Assembly (NCBI GenBank): GCA_951406725.2
Contig: OX597818.1
Coordinates: 98,580,001 to 98,644,000, forward strand
Origin: Octopus vulgaris
Lineage: Eukaryota
Length of the DNA stretch: 64,000 nt
Reading direction: 5' to 3'
A program made the position numbers and the translations under genes. This document shows, piece by piece, positions 1 to 17,078 of this stretch. A model generated the notes under the pieces. It searched no databases. It was not told where the DNA came from and worked only from the letters and a program-made list of their open reading frames with translations. How positions within the stretch are numbered: position 1 is the stretch's first letter; every line of letters begins with the position of its first letter.

Positions 1-594
1 TGTAACCTCCTCATTCTTTATAAACACAAAGTATCAATTTGATTCGCTGTGTGAGCGTATGTGCGCCAAACCATGCGTGTGAGCATGCCTATACCTTTGT
101 GTAAGTTTGTTCAAGCGAGTGTACGTGCGGCATACAATCTAAGCGAGGGCGCTTATACATCCATTTGTGCTAAAGATTATATTTAATACTTTTTTTGCTG
201 TATTGTGTATTTATTTCTTTTTGAATCTGATTTTTATTGATCTTGTATAATAATGAAGCTGTATGCCTTAATATGCTCCTATTGTATGCACATAGCGAGA
301 AGAAAACTTGCGGAAAAGACGTTATTTTAACGAAATACATCTTGTAATCACTCTCGAAGAGACACATCTACACCGACGAATACTTCTAAACCAGTTGTCC
401 AGCTACCTACCAGGGAGGGATCGATGCTAGATCGGTCGAAACAATTGTAGTGATAAATAAACATTCTCGTATCTCCCGTCTCTCTCATATATATATATGT
501 GTGTATGTGTGTGAGAGTGTGCGCGCGCGCGCGTAATTATAATAGTTTCTTAATTAACCAGAAGATGGATTTAATATTAATCTTTATTTTGTAC

Positions 595-1420
595 AACGGT
601 CATTTTGACCCATCCTGCTACTGACCCATCTTCTGTGGCATGGTGCAGAGTCCTATTGCCGGACATAAGGTATTACAGTAGCCACCTTCTTGACCCAGGG
701 CAGCACCATCTCCTGCAGGCACTTGATGTAGGCCTCCGTGTTGAGTCTGAGGCCGTGTGGGAAGATGAATGGAGGCATAACATTGCCATCACTAGTGATC
801 ACCCCAAACACTATGATGTTGACTGGATCTTAGATGTTTATCACCCTCGGTTCATGTTTTGAGGACGCGGCTAGCCAACAGTTGTTTTGTGTGTTCACCA
901 TCTGATCCTTGCAGAAATTTTTCTCGTCTAAGAAAAACTAAAGCATGTTCAGTTGGAGGGGAATTGCTTGAGTTTGTTCAAAAGATTCGTAGCACGGTCT
1001 TTCCTCTTGTCATTGATGGCTTGGGATAAAAATTGGCCCTTTCACATCTTGTATGAGGAATACCGAATGTCTTCATTCACTACTTGCCCGATAAGAAACT
1101 CAGAAACTCCCATGTCCCTGGCGATGAACCTGATTGACTTGGAGGGACAGTTTTCAATCATGGCCTGGATCTCACCAACAAATTCAGGTGTTCTTTTCTC
1201 ATCAGTACGATCAGAATGAGTTTTCCAGCTGTTGTACCTTCGTAATCACCATTAGACTCATCCAACTCTTTCCGAATCCTCTGCACGATTGACACCCAAA
1301 ACACTGAAATGTTCGTATTGAAGCTTCCAGCGCGAAAGCCAAGCAGTACAGCATGTCGTTTCCAAATCTCTGGCAGAATCAATTGCGTTATGGTGCTGTT
1401 TTTCTCACAGACGGTTCCCA
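595..1420 (-). mobile_element. Decayed Tc1/mariner-superfamily transposase, maT/DD37D-like
   Basis: Manual minus-strand translation gives FLDEKNF...NTQNN...IVFGVITSDGNVMPPFIFPHGLRLNTEAYIKCL..VLPWVKKVA...YVRQ*DSAPCH, with stops and frameshifts. Confidence 0.8.
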
Positions 1421-1438
1421 ACTGACTCTAATATATTG

Positions 1439-1845
1439 TGTACTCTTTTACTTGTTTCAGTTATTTGTCTGCGGCCATACTGGAGCACCGCCTTTAGCCG
1501 AGCAAATCGACCCCAGGACTTATTCTTTGTAAGCCTAGTACTTATTTTATCGGTCTCTTTTGCCGAACTGCTACGTTACGGGGACGTAAACACACCAGCA
1601 TCGGTTGTAAAGCGATGTTGGGGGACAAACACAGACACAAACATATACACACACATACATATGTATACATATACATATATGCGACGGACTTCTTTCAGTT
1701 TCCGTCTACCAAATCCACTTACAAGGATTTGGTCGGCCGGAGGCTATAGTAGAAGACACTCGACCAAGGTGTTACGCAGTGGGACTGAACCCGGAACCAT
1801 GTTGTTGGTAAGCAAGCTACTTACCACACAGCCACTCCTACGACT
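1439..1845 (-). mobile_element. tRNA-derived SINE family S1 (head GGCGCAGGAGTGGCTGTGTGGTAAG..., internal microsatellite, CR1-like tail)
   Basis: A-box-like TGGCTGTGTGG and B-box-like GGTTCAGTCCC; similar copies at ~11138-11985, 34580-35053, 36895-37298, 38270-38650, 43890-44953, 63206-63613. Confidence 0.85.
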
Positions 1846-2028
1846 ATAGTCAACAAAATCAAAATCAAGCAATGCGCTTGCGCAAAATAAAAAAAAGTAA
1901 AATGGTGACAATTTACCCATTACACGCTGTGTGTCTGTGTGTTTATATATAATTAATGTGAGTAATGTCTGTGTGTTTGCATATGTCCCTAGGTACCTAT
2001 GTGCATATGTATCTATATATGTATGCAT

Positions 2029-2084
2029 TATGTATGTATGTATGTATGTATGTATGTATGTATGTATGTATGTATGTATGTATG

Positions 2085-2118
<34 letters not shown>

Positions 2119-2232
2119 TGTATGTATGTATGTATGTATGTATGTATATATGCATGTATGTATGTATGTATGTATGTATGTATGTATGTATGTATGTATG
2201 TATGTATGTATGTATGTATGTATGTATGTATG
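2029..2232. repeat. (TATG)n microsatellite, representative of many (TA)n, (CA)n, (TATG)n, (AAT)n, (ACT)n and (GA)n tracts in the window
   Basis: Directly visible; explains the HTYI/MYVC-type ORFs. Confidence 0.98.
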
Positions 2233-2509
2233 AATTTCCCTTATATCTTGTATCACAAGTTGAGTTTTTCCCTATTTTTCTTTCGCTGAATAAACTTTTA
2301 TCGGAATCTGAAATAAATCATAATTTATATAAACATTTTCAGTGCACTTTCAGTGAAAAATGCTTCATTAAGACTAATTTATCTTTTTACCCTACGGAAT
2401 ATATGTGTGTCATGTTACCAATTGTATAAGTGTGTATATACTTATGTATACACATACTTTTATACATAAAATACTTATATACGTGTGTGAGTGTGTGTGT
2501 GTCTGTATG

Positions 2510-2533
<24 letters not shown>

Positions 2534-2558
<25 letters not shown>

Positions 2559-2804
2559 TTAGGGAATAAATCCAAACTTACAGGGTTTAAACCTCGCTAA
2601 GATAAATATTTAAACCACCTGATGAATGACTGTAACTTGAAAATTTAAAGAAATTAACAGCCATGAAACGATCGTAGTGATATATTAATTATATTTTTTA
2701 ATAATTTTGTTATATATTTAAATAATATAAATTAAATAATCTTATGTATTGGCTTAAATTTTTCATTGTATGATTTGCCTAATAGTGGTTTTGTCTCTAA
2801 TTTA

Positions 2805-2810
<6 letters not shown>
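2534..2810 (+). mobile_element. HHR-bearing short repeat, family B (Penelope-like pLTR-type remnant) in (TA)n
   Basis: Shares sequence with 17622-17824; 2534-2585 is an inverted copy of the family 3' end (compare 17790-17824). Confidence 0.7.
2616..2679 (+). ncRNA. Type I hammerhead ribozyme motif (family B)
   Basis: cac-CTGATGA-atgactgt...acagccat-GAAA-cgatcg-TA-gtg: intact core, stem II with one mismatch, palindromic stem III, short stem I. Confidence 0.75.
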
Positions 2811-2848
<38 letters not shown>

Positions 2849-2853
<5 letters not shown>

Positions 2854-3056
2854 CTCCCACTTCGGTCATAACTGACTGTGGGATTGCACTTAGAAAGTTA
2901 TCCTCCCAGGTACAAGTCTGGGCAAGGTTGTTTATGGAAGACCAGCAGTCGCCCATGCATACCGGCCTCCCCTCTCCACGCCACCAGTGTTATCCAAGGG
3001 AAAGGCAAAGGCCGATATAGCTTGGCACCTGTGACGTTGCAACTCATTTCTACAGC
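2849..3056 (-). mobile_element. Unclassified SINE/retroposon fragment
   Basis: GC-richer non-coding block between (TA)n tracts; class is a guess. Confidence 0.35.
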
Positions 3057-3384
3057 CGTATATATATCGAAATTGCGAGGATGATCCGGTTCTTGACTGA
3101 AGATTAGAGGCTTCGAATGACCCGTCCGTTTTTTGTGTCGTCTATTTGAGTGTTTTGCGTTCTTGTCCCATTTTATTTTTCTATATATATTTTTTATACA
3201 TATATATATATATATATATATAATTTCAACAATTGAGGGTACAAACTTTCGTGAGTTGAGTTGAGCAAACACTATATGAGAGAGATTTTCTTTAAGTATT
3301 AGAAATAGTTTTAAAAAAGTTTTTTAGCTGCTATTTCTAATGAGTTCAGTATGCGGCAAAGTAATTTATTTTACTAAGCCCTTT

Positions 3385-3455
<71 letters not shown>

Positions 3456-3479
3456 TGTATGTATGTATGTATGTATGTG

Positions 3480-3530
<51 letters not shown>

Positions 3531-3670
3531 TATACATATACACACATATAAATATATATAGAAACACATGCACGCACGCGCTTGCACACTTAACTACGCG
3601 TCTTTGTTTGCCCACACCCGCGTCTAAATATAAATTTAATAATACATACACGTGGAAACGTGCACACACA

Positions 3671-3722
<52 letters not shown>

Positions 3723-3919
3723 GATACAAAAATACACGCATGCACATACACCCACACCCACACCCACGCATGCATATATATACACATCCGTGAGAGAAAT
3801 TAGAACCAGTCTAACAAGGAGGCAGAACAACATCCAATGTGACTAATTTTCTATTTACTTGAATATTTCATTAGAATTTTGTTTACGAAAGAAAAACTGT
3901 ACAACATTGTTGCTGCTGC

Positions 3920-3968
<49 letters not shown>

Positions 3969-4089
3969 ATTCTTCTTCTGTTCATTGTTATTATTATTAT
4001 ACAAGTAAACACCCGCACTTTGTCTTTGTATTGACCCTCTCACCCTTCGCCATTGTGGCAAATAAATGAAATCATCATCAACATTATTA

Positions 4090-4141
<52 letters not shown>

Positions 4142-4304
4142 TTAATGGCGTATTTTATCAGTACACACACACACATTCCTCTGCAATGTGTAACGCATTA
4201 AAATATATATATATATATATATATATATTTGCTTCTATTTCTTTCTCCTGATTGATTGCTTGTTATTGTAAGAGTATCAATGTCTATACGTAAATGATAT
4301 ACAT

Positions 4305-4337
<33 letters not shown>

Positions 4338-4392
4338 TATATATTCATTTATATGTGCATATATATATACAAATATATTAGCACACATACGT

Positions 4393-4431
<39 letters not shown>

Positions 4432-4604
4432 AACATATAGACACACACACATTACATATTAACGGCTGTTTTTATGTTAAGTTATAATAAAAACAGTTAA
4501 GTTTTTATCATGTTAAGTCATAATAAAAGCAGCTTTAGATTAAAACACAATATTTTTAGTAGAGCAATATTAATTTATTATTCTTTAATAAGAATATCAT
4601 TGAT

Positions 4605-4646
4605 AGTGACTTCGAAGTTTCGGCTTGCTGAGTTATCATCAGGTTC
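4605..4646 (-). ncRNA. Degenerate hammerhead motif
   Basis: Minus strand CTGATGA-taactcagcaagcc-GAAA-cttcgaag-TC with palindromic stem III; stem I and II are damaged; a second CTGATGA lies on + at 4648-4654. Confidence 0.5.
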
Positions 4647-4884
4647 TCTGATGAACGCTTATCATAGCCGTGTAGAGCTTATTGTTTAAAAGCGGGCAGA
4701 GATTTGATTTACCCGAAATTGTACACAGAGAAAAATACGTGTATGAATTTCTATTAAAGTATCTTATCAGTCGACCATATAGAGCTATCAAATCGCACAA
4801 TATGCTCCTTAAAAGAAATATCTTATACGTAACTCAGCTGCAAAGATATCAGTTATTATTTGGTCACCCAAGGTTGCTGGCTGG

Positions 4885-5105
4885 CTGGCTGGCTAGCAGA
4901 ATCGTTAGCCCACCGGGTAAACGCCTTCGCTGGCATTTCGTCCGTCTTTACGTTTTGAGTTCAAATTCCGCCGAGGTCGAATTTTCCTTTCATCCTTTCG
5001 GGTTCAATAAATTAAGTACTAGTGAAACACTGGGATCGATGTAATCGACCTTTCCTCTCCCCCACCAAATGGCTGCCCCTGAGGCCAAATTTGAAACAAT
5101 TATTA
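4885..5105 (+). mobile_element. tRNA-derived SINE family S2 (GGCGGCGAGCTGGCAGAA...GAGTTCAAATTCCGCCGAGGTCGAC...CATCCTTTCGGGGTCGATAAA)
   Basis: A/B-box-like motifs; many copies (~5485, 7436, 10308, 10770, 22305, 28380, 28830, 37870, 41500, 42034, 43378, 46300, 51990, 56610); central block resembles the Meta/MESC-type SINE domain (from memory). Confidence 0.85.
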
Positions 5106-5307
5106 CTCTTATTCCATATTTGACTTTTGTACAAGTTGGCTCCAAGTCTCACCCAGAGACCTCAAGAGACAACAGGTTGGAAGTTCATGTTGTTATGCCT
5201 AGTGTGCCATATATTTGGTTTTGTATTTAGTGTTGTACTAGTGAATGTCTAAAAAACCATACGAAAATTATGTTTGTTTTAAAACTTGAGATTACATAGA
5301 CTCTCAA

Positions 5308-5387
<80 letters not shown>

Positions 5388-5699
5388 CATACACATAACA
5401 GATTTCACTGTTGTTTATGTACCTTAAAAGAAATATCTTATACGTTTCTTAGCTGCATAGACATCGGTTATTACTTGGTCAACCAAGGCAGCTAGCTGGT
5501 AGAATCGTTAGCACGCCCGACAATATACTGTGCGGCATTACTTCAGGCTTTACGTTTCGGTTTCAAATTCTGCCGAGATTGATTTTACCTTTCATCCTTT
5601 CGAGGTTGATAAGTTCCAGTTGAGCACTGGGATCAATGCAAACGACAAGAACCTCCCCCCAAATTCCAGGCCGTGTGCTTATTGTAGAAAGAATTATTT

Positions 5700-6040
<341 letters not shown>

Positions 6041-6733
6041 GCATATGGCGTAGTGGTGAATTATTTGGTCAACATTTTTATCAACGGAAATATTGGCATA
6101 CTTTGGTATATTATTTAGTATTGCTATACTGCTTATTCACGTTTGACCCGTTCAAATCCTTAATCGTATCTTCATTCATCTGCCGCCTTAGAATGAGTGC
6201 TCTGCAGAGCACGTTGAAGCAGGATTGGTTGTTAAAATGGCTACAGTTTTGTTGAAGATTGGCAATATACTTCATGAAGTTAGTCCGTGACAGATTTTGT
6301 GTAAGATTGTCCCTTTTTTTAATAATTTGCGGAGCCAAGCTAAATTGGGTGTGTTGCTTAAAACGTTCTAAATAACACACCCAACCTAAATTGTTACAGA
6401 CACCGCTCCTGTCACTAATAGCTAATTTATTCGTAGCCCACAGGCATTCCGTGAAATCACTGGTTGTTTGGCCATACTACATCGATTCGACTGAGTTTCG
6501 TTCTGGCATTAAGTATAAGGCTGGCTATCGCTGATGATCTCCAACTAAGAGTGAAATCATGTGATACGGTGGTGCCATCTACCGGTTCAGACGATCATTT
6601 CGACAGCCAATATAGTCGGTGCTTAATTAGCACGTGTCGTCAACACCAGATGGCGTCCCTGGACGTTTACAGCATTTTAAGGCGTTCTAAATAACATCTA
6701 ACTTAGATTGGATGTGCCAATTATTATTTATTA

Positions 6734-7246
6734 CTAGCAGTATCGCCTGGCGTTGCTCGGGTATGTAAGGGAAATAACTATATAAGCATTTTTAGAGAGT
6801 TACTTCCCTTATAGATGCCAATTCGGGCTTTCTTAGCCATTTCTGTTTTGGTGTCTTCAAGCCATGAAGTCGTTGTTCTAAAAGAACGCTGGTCTCCTTG
6901 ACAACGCTTTACGACGTTGATTTCCTTACACTCCCTTCCCCACAGCTTCACGAGGGAGGGAAGAAGGGAGAGAAGCAAACAGGTGCAAGTGTGACCATGG
7001 ACGCCAACTCCGCCGCCATCGACACACGAAAAATTATGCATTAAAATGGAATAAAAAATGATGTTAAATTATTTTTAAAATCGTAGACTCATCGTAGACG
7101 CGCGCTAATACTCAGACGGGCTCGATATGAATCACGACTATAAGATACCTGAATTTGGTTAAACTGCACCGCAAAATGTGGGAGTAGTTAGGAATCTAAA
7201 TCGAAGGGGACAGACACTCACACAACTACAGTTTTATATATATAGA
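6734..7246 (-). mobile_element. Non-autonomous Helitron
   Basis: Minus strand starts TCTATATATATAAAA and ends in a GC-rich hairpin-like cccgagcaacgccaggc followed by CTAG; inserted between A and T with no TSD. Confidence 0.75.
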
Positions 7247-7435
7247 TAAACACTGCGCCTTTCGTTAAATAGCTAATTTATTAGCATTTCTGCTTTTCGA
7301 GATCGCAACGAGATTTAAGTTACTTTACAGAATGCACAAAGTGTGTATTTGTCAATAGCATTAAATTGTGATTGAATCTCCACAATAATCATATCCCGAG
7401 ATTAGCCTGAAATCATACAAAATATACTGTGATCC

Positions 7436-7670
7436 AGGCGGCGAGCTGGCAGAAACGTTAGCACACCGGGCGAAATACTTAGCGGTATTTCGTCTGCCGG
7501 TACGTTCTGAGTTCAAATTCCGCCGAGGTCGACTTTGCCGTTCATCCTTTCGGGTTCGATAAATTAAGTACCAGTTACGCACTGGGGTCGATGTAATCGA
7601 TTTAATCCCTTTGTCTGTCCTTGTTTGTCCCCTCTATGTTTAGCCCCTTGTGGGTAATAAAAAAAATAAG
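7436..7670 (+). mobile_element. SINE S2 full-length monomer
   Basis: ggcggcgagctggcagaaacgttagc... to ...gccccttgtgggtaataaa. Confidence 0.85.
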
Positions 7671-8275
7671 ATATACAGTGATCCAGTTTGATCATGTAGT
7701 ACCTCTGATATTGATCTACCAACAAGGACTTGCAATCAAATTGTAGAGATGCCATTTTTCTCAGTAAAACTCTTGATTCCTTGAATAAGAATCAATCGTA
7801 TGCCTTGGATAATGTCTTTCATAGTTCCAACTAATGTTTCGGTGTATTTCCAAACTTTTTCAACAAACTGATAGAACTTGAAGCTTACTAGAACTTGAAG
7901 CTTACTAGCTTCAAGTTCTAGTAAGCTATTCTCTTCTCGCTACCTACTTACCCCTACCAGTACGTTCCCAACATTTCATTCCCACGGCAAGACCCCTTTG
8001 AATGGACAGCACATGGAATTTATGTCTCCACACTATCCATTTGTAATAACAAAATGTGAACTATCAGAATGTACATGCCACGGTCAAGAAGCATTTCTGC
8101 CCGTTCTACACAGCACTTTCATTGGATAAGGGAACTGCAACCGTAACATCTTACATGTATTTTTACTTTTATTTTTATTCCCTTATTTCCCTTTATACTT
8201 CCTAGATCCACCCTTTTCCAAAATAATTCCTTTTATAGAACTCTACTATTTCCCTCTAGTTAACTCTCTCATATC

Positions 8276-8323
8276 GTCTTTAATGAAGGGATATCCTTAA
8301 TATCCCAGAAACAGCTGTCAGAC
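8276..8323 (+). ncRNA. Degenerate hammerhead motif (family C)
   Basis: gtct-ttaatga-agggata..tatccca-GAAA-cagctg-TC-agac; core mutated, stems I-III retained. Confidence 0.55.
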
Positions 8324-8448
8324 TACCTTTCTCTTTATAAATATCCTATAAATTCAACACAGCATTGGCTTTGCTGTCTCACTTTATTTAACACACACAC
8401 ATACACGCACACACACACTCACACACACACACGCACACACACACACAA

Positions 8449-8479
<31 letters not shown>

Positions 8480-9443
8480 CATACATACGTACATACGCAC
8501 ATATATATATGTATGTATATGTGTGTACATATACATATATATATATATATATATATGTACACACATATACATACATATATACATACATATATATATACAT
8601 ACACACACACACGCACACACACACACATAAATATCGTTGCTATTATGCAAAAGTATTGTAAGTCCGAAACATTGCTTTTTCAGAAAACGAAAAAACAGTT
8701 TCACCATTCCTTTTCTTTTTATATTAGCAACAAATTTGGCTTAACAATAATACTTTGTTTGGTACATAAAATCGTCACTCCATGCTTGTATATTTTGAGC
8801 CAGAAATATTTTTGCAAAACTGTCGTATGTGGGACTTACTACATTTTTGGAAAATGTTAAACCGCTGTTCTATACTTTTGACAATTTTCATATTTTAGCA
8901 TCTGAAACAGCTGGAGATATGACAGTTTGACCAAAAGAACTGGCTATTGCAAGTAATATACATACATACATACATACATACATACATACATACATACATA
9001 CATACATACATACATACATGCATGCATACATACATACATACATACATGCATACATGTTTGTGTCCATCTTTGACATCCCAACCCAGGCTTGACCCCCCTC
9101 CCAGTGTTAGTTTGTTCACGTTCTAGTTATTAGCTATTCAGCAAGAGAGAACGATCGAAAATGTACCAGATTAAAATAAGATTTTAAAAAATAAGAAGTA
9201 TTGGCGCCGATTTTTTCAACTAAAACGCTTCAGCACGTTGCCACAGCGTGGCCGCAATCCAACGGCTGAAACAAGTAAACACTACTACTACTACTACAAC
9301 TACTACTACCACCACCACCACTACTACTACCACCACCGCCACCATACCGCTACTACTACTACTATAACCACCACCATACCAACACTACTATTACTACTAC
9401 TACTACTATTACTACTAAAGCCACTACCACCACCACCACCACC

Positions 9444-9512
<69 letters not shown>

Positions 9513-10187
9513 AGTGGTTTTAGTACTGGGCCGCATTTTTCAACTGTAGTGTTATCAATAACAATCCCGTTTTCCGTTTAACTGACATAAATAAAGTTGT
9601 GTGTAACTTTAAAAAGAGAAGAATTTATAGTCGGTAAAAGTTGAAAACATGTTTACTTGGCGCCGATGGTATAAAGACTTGATGGCGTGAGAATAGAAGT
9701 CACCTAATGAACAATGTGCTTAGGAGTGTAGCAAAGGAAAAAAAATACAAAAGCATTGTCTTTAGAAATGTAAATATATTAAATACAGTCATAATTATTA
9801 ATACCACAGATTATAATGAAGCTTTTAAATTACTTATACATTAGAATACAAGGCAAACTTCGTTTCCACTTAATAAGAATTTTTCTAAGAATTGTTGTAT
9901 AAGACCACTCCTTATTTGAGGTTAAGCTCTGAGGTTAAGCTCATCATATATTCGAACTTATATAAGTTTACTTATTTATTATGCTATATATATTGTAATA
10001 AAATTATTAGCCAAACCCACTAAAATATGACATACGTACATACATGCAATATATATATATATATATATATATACATATGCATTAAACATACATTCATGCA
10101 TGCCTACACGCACTCTCACACATATATACTCATACATGCATACACATATACATAAAACACACATACACGCACGCGCATGCACTCACT

Positions 10188-10220
<33 letters not shown>

Positions 10221-10307
10221 GAAGCCTGTCCAAGAAGGACTTGTAATCTTAAGTGGAGCGCCAGCATGTCGGCGCACCGTGCCCACGACTGCGATACAGT
10301 ATAATGA

Positions 10308-10725
10308 AAGTGGTGAGCTGGCAGAATTGTTAGCACGCCGGTCGGAATGCTTAGTGGTATTTCGGCTGCCGCTACGTTCTGAGTTCAAATTCCGCCGAGG
10401 TCGACTTTGCCTTTCATCCTTTCGGGGTCGTTAAATTAAATACCAGTTACGCACTGGGGTCAATGTAATCGACTTAATCCGTTTGTCTGTCCTTGTTTGG
10501 CCTCTCTGTGTTTAGCCCCTTGTGGGTAGTAAAGAAATAGGTATTTTGTCTGCCGCTACGTTCTGAGTTCAAATTCGGCCGAGGTCAACTTTGCCTTTCA
10601 TCCTTTCGCGGTCGATAAATTAAGTACCAGTTACGCACTGGGGTCGATGTAATCGTCTTAATCCCCATGTTTGTCCTTGTTTGTCCCCTCTATGTTTAGC
10701 CCCTTGTGGGCAATAAAGAAATAAG
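10308..10725 (+). mobile_element. SINE S2 tandem dimer
   Basis: Second headless unit starts at ~10541 after junction aaagaaataggtattt. Confidence 0.85.
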
Positions 10726-11376
10726 ATACAGTATAAGGGTGATCTTGATATTTACTCGAGTAATAGTCCCTCCTACTATAGAAACGAGGCCTTATATTAG
10801 GGGTAGAAGAATGTCGATTACATTGACCTCCAGTATTTAACTGGTACTTACTTTATCGATCCCGAAAGGTTGCAGAGCAAAACCGAACTCACCAAATTTT
10901 GAACTCAGAAAGTGAAAATAGACGAAATGCCTCAGCATTTTGCCAGGCGTGCTAACGATGCTGCCAGATCACCGCCTTCATATTTGCTCTAGTAATTATA
11001 TTATGCCATTTATTTAATTATCAATTTATACGGTTTAGAGTGAATACCTGTTTCGCACCCTTGGCTAAGTTGTAGCAACTTGAACAGCAATTCGCGTGAA
11101 ATTTGGTTTTGTTACAAATTCGGAAAATTTTTCAAGAAGTGGCCGTGTGGTAAAGTGTTTGCTTTCCAACCACATGGTTCCGGGTCCAATCCAGCTGCGT
11201 GGCACATTGGGCAAATGTCTTCTACTATAGTCCTGCGCCAACCCAAGCTCTGTGAGTGGATTAGGTAGACGAAAACTGAAACAGATCCGTATATATATAT
11301 ATATTTTTTTCCTCCACCTCACTCTCTATTTTATATCTTATCTAAATTAACTATTTCTTAACTATCCTCTCGCATC

Positions 11377-11420
11377 GTCTCCAATGAAGGGATATAATAT
11401 CCTGGAAAGAGCTGTAAGAC
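11377..11420 (+). ncRNA. Degenerate hammerhead motif (family C), inserted in the (TA)n of an S1 SINE
   Basis: gtct-ccaatga-agggatataatatcctg-GAAA-gagctg-TA-agac; flanks 11305-11495 match 15893-16090. Confidence 0.6.
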
Positions 11421-11636
11421 CTTCTATCCATAAATGTTCTAATATCTACACAGCCTTGGCTTTTTTTTTATCTCATTACGCAAAAAATTCTTATATACAC
11501 ACGCTGATATATGACCAACGTTAAACCCCTTATTCGCATAATCACCGAACCTGGAACTTAACTACGGTCTATCCATATCACTTATTCAGCATTACCTGAC
11601 ACCTTTGGGTCTCAATGACACCATTACCTCTCATAA

Positions 11637-11696
<60 letters not shown>

Positions 11697-12844
11697 GTGT
11701 GTGTGTGAGAGTGTGTGTGTGAGCGTGTGTGTGTGAGCATGTGCGCGCACTCGCGTGTGTGTGTGCACTTTTGTGTCTGAGTTTGTCTCCCACCAACGCT
11801 TGACAATTTGTGCTCGTATGTTTACGTCCCCGTAACTTAGCAGTTCGACCGATAGATTAAGTACCAGAGTTATAAATAAATATGCACCAAGGCTGATTCA
11901 TCTGACTAACAATTTCAGCAAAGCGGTGCCTCAGTGTGACCACAATTTAATGACTGAAACAAGTAAAAGATAAAAAGATAGAAGATAGGAGACTAAAAGA
12001 TAACTTCATATAACATCTATTATACACTGGAGCATTATGATATTAACTATGTATATTACTTAGAGATACAGTAATGCTTTACAATCAATTTTGAACGTAA
12101 GATTTGTGAGCCAGTCGATAAATATTTTATGCATTCTAATCCGTTTGTCTGCCAGATCAGCTATTATATTTCTCTCATAATTATGATTTAACACACACAC
12201 ATACACATGTCAACCCGTCATTTTTGTAATGTATGATCGGAATGCTAAATCGAAAGAATATTGTCGTAAATTTTCAGACACCATCGTAAAACTAACCGAC
12301 GTAGGAAGACTGATTATATTTTCAAAACAAAAGCTAAAATATTTGACATTTGAGCTTAGCAATTTCAATAATATGTTCCTAATGTAGCAACGATAACCAA
12401 AGACAACTTCGATTGGCTAAGTTTGCTGTCCGTGGAATGTCCGTAGATTGTCAAAATGACGCCACTCTACATGATACAACGCTGACACTCTTCGCCAACA
12501 ACAAGCGCTTCATTCTTTACATTCTTCATATTATTCAATGAAAGTCTATGGTATTCATTTACTACAGGTAGCAAGCAAAACATGACTTAACATGCCAAGC
12601 ACTCACACAGACATATACTTTACAAGCATGCGTTTATGTATGTATGTATGTATGTATGTATGTATGTATGTATGTATGTATGTATGTATGCCTGCATGCA
12701 TTCATGGAAGGATGGCTGGATGTATATATGTATGTCTGTATGAATATAAGGATATATGTGTATTTGTGCATATTTACCTCTCTCTCTCTCTCTCTCTCCC
12801 ACTTTATATGTATGTATGAATGCAAATGTATGTACGTATGTGTG

Positions 12845-12908
<64 letters not shown>

Positions 12909-13097
12909 CATATATATATATATGTATATATATATATGGGTGGGTGTATGTGTGGGTGTGTATGATCCTATTTTATATTATTGAGTGTAGTTGACATGAA
13001 TGATAAACCTAACATATTTGGTGTATGTGCGTGAGCTGCGCTCATAACATTCAGAATATTCGCTACTACAACATTATCCGGAGTCCTGTTTATGGGT

Positions 13098-15640
<2,543 letters not shown>

Positions 15641-15965
15641 AAATACAAACCTTTTGACTCTGCAACACTGTATATAAATTCTCTATTTGGAATGACCAAG
15701 TTTAAAAATCTGCTGGATCTCACTCATAAGGGAATCTTACATTGCGTATAAACTCTATATTTGGAAGAACCCATTTTAAACTCTGTTGGACTTTTGGACT
15801 TTACTCATAGGATATTGGAATATTGCATATATACCATTATGCCAAAAAAAATGGATTTACAACTTCAATACCCATACATATCTTGCATCTATTTTCTTTC
15901 CTCCACCTCACTCTCTATTTTGTATCACATCTAAACTAACAATGACTTAACTATCCTCTCACACC

Positions 15966-16017
15966 GTCACCGATGAAGGGATATTATTAATAAATATCCT
16001 AGAAACAGCTGTAAGAC
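15966..16017 (+). ncRNA. Hammerhead motif (family C, best copy; CCGATGA core variant)
   Basis: gtca-CCGATGA-agggatatt..aatatccta-GAAA-cagctg-TA-agac. Confidence 0.7.
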
Positions 16018-16133
16018 CTTCTATCTATAAATGCTGTAATATCTACACAGCCTTGGTTTTTTGTCTTATTACGCAAAAAATTCTTGTATATATATATACG
16101 CATTCGTGCATATGCACCCGTACACGCGCTTCG

Positions 16134-16173
<40 letters not shown>

Positions 16174-16899
16174 TGTTATTGTTATTACCTGACCTATCCT
16201 AACAGCTGTCGTTATTGCTTGGGTCAATGCAAACTATCACTGTTGCTGCTTCTGTCACCAACGACAACTGACATTCACTACCACAACTATGGTAGTCAAC
16301 AGCCCCGCTAAATAGTGTATTATACCCTGCTGTGCTACCTCCGTAAACTTATCTTACTGAGTCTAGATCTTACAATAATTTATAGCTCTACAGCTGTGGG
16401 TTTCAACTCTGTGGTATAAAATTTTGTTGTTAAAATTTATGTGTAAAGAAATTAGTAGTACGCAAAATATTCTAACAATTTTTTAATGCTATTCTTAATG
16501 ATTTTTAATTTATAAAAGCATTTGATAATGCCAGCGAGGCATTAGTGAAATATGACTCAAAGGGGTTCATCGGTGAAAAATGGTGGTGAACCGATGTTCT
16601 ATAGCCATGATACGACACTGGTGCTTATGTGGTTGTTTTATCTGCTAGAAATAATTGGGGAAAAATTTCTTCAAACTTAAACTCCTGTCTAACATAAGAG
16701 AAATTATATACGACTATGTAGGTATCTGTATGTGTGTGTAGATAAGTGTGTGTGTGTGTGTGTGTATGTTTGTGTATCTCTGTGTGTATGTGTGCATGTG
16801 CGTATATATACGTTATATACAAGCTTGTTAATAGATGGAAGGAAGCCATAGATAATCAGGGAAAGTACACTGACGATTAAATTTCAATTAAATATAACA

Positions 16900-16955
16900 T
16901 TTGATCACTTGTTTTCTTTATTCAAAATTCGGATAGAACTTATGGGATGACCTGA
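16900..16955 (+). mobile_element. Isolated mariner terminal fragment with TIR
   Basis: gaacttatgggatgacctgata matches the TIR at 19941-19965. Confidence 0.65.
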
Positions 16956-16975
16956 TATATATGTATGTATGTATG

Positions 16976-17033
<58 letters not shown>

Positions 17034-17078
17034 TATGTAAGAAATATTGAATTTCTAAATCTCTCGTATGTCTGCTAC

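Noticed and set aside
3093-3127. CTGAAGA...CGAA...GTC hammerhead-like string
   Set aside because: GAAA incomplete and stems not convincingly paired; at most a decayed remnant
1744-3846. Long ORFs such as HTYI/MYVC/YIYI repeats, here and throughout
   Set aside because: Stop-free translations of microsatellites, not genes
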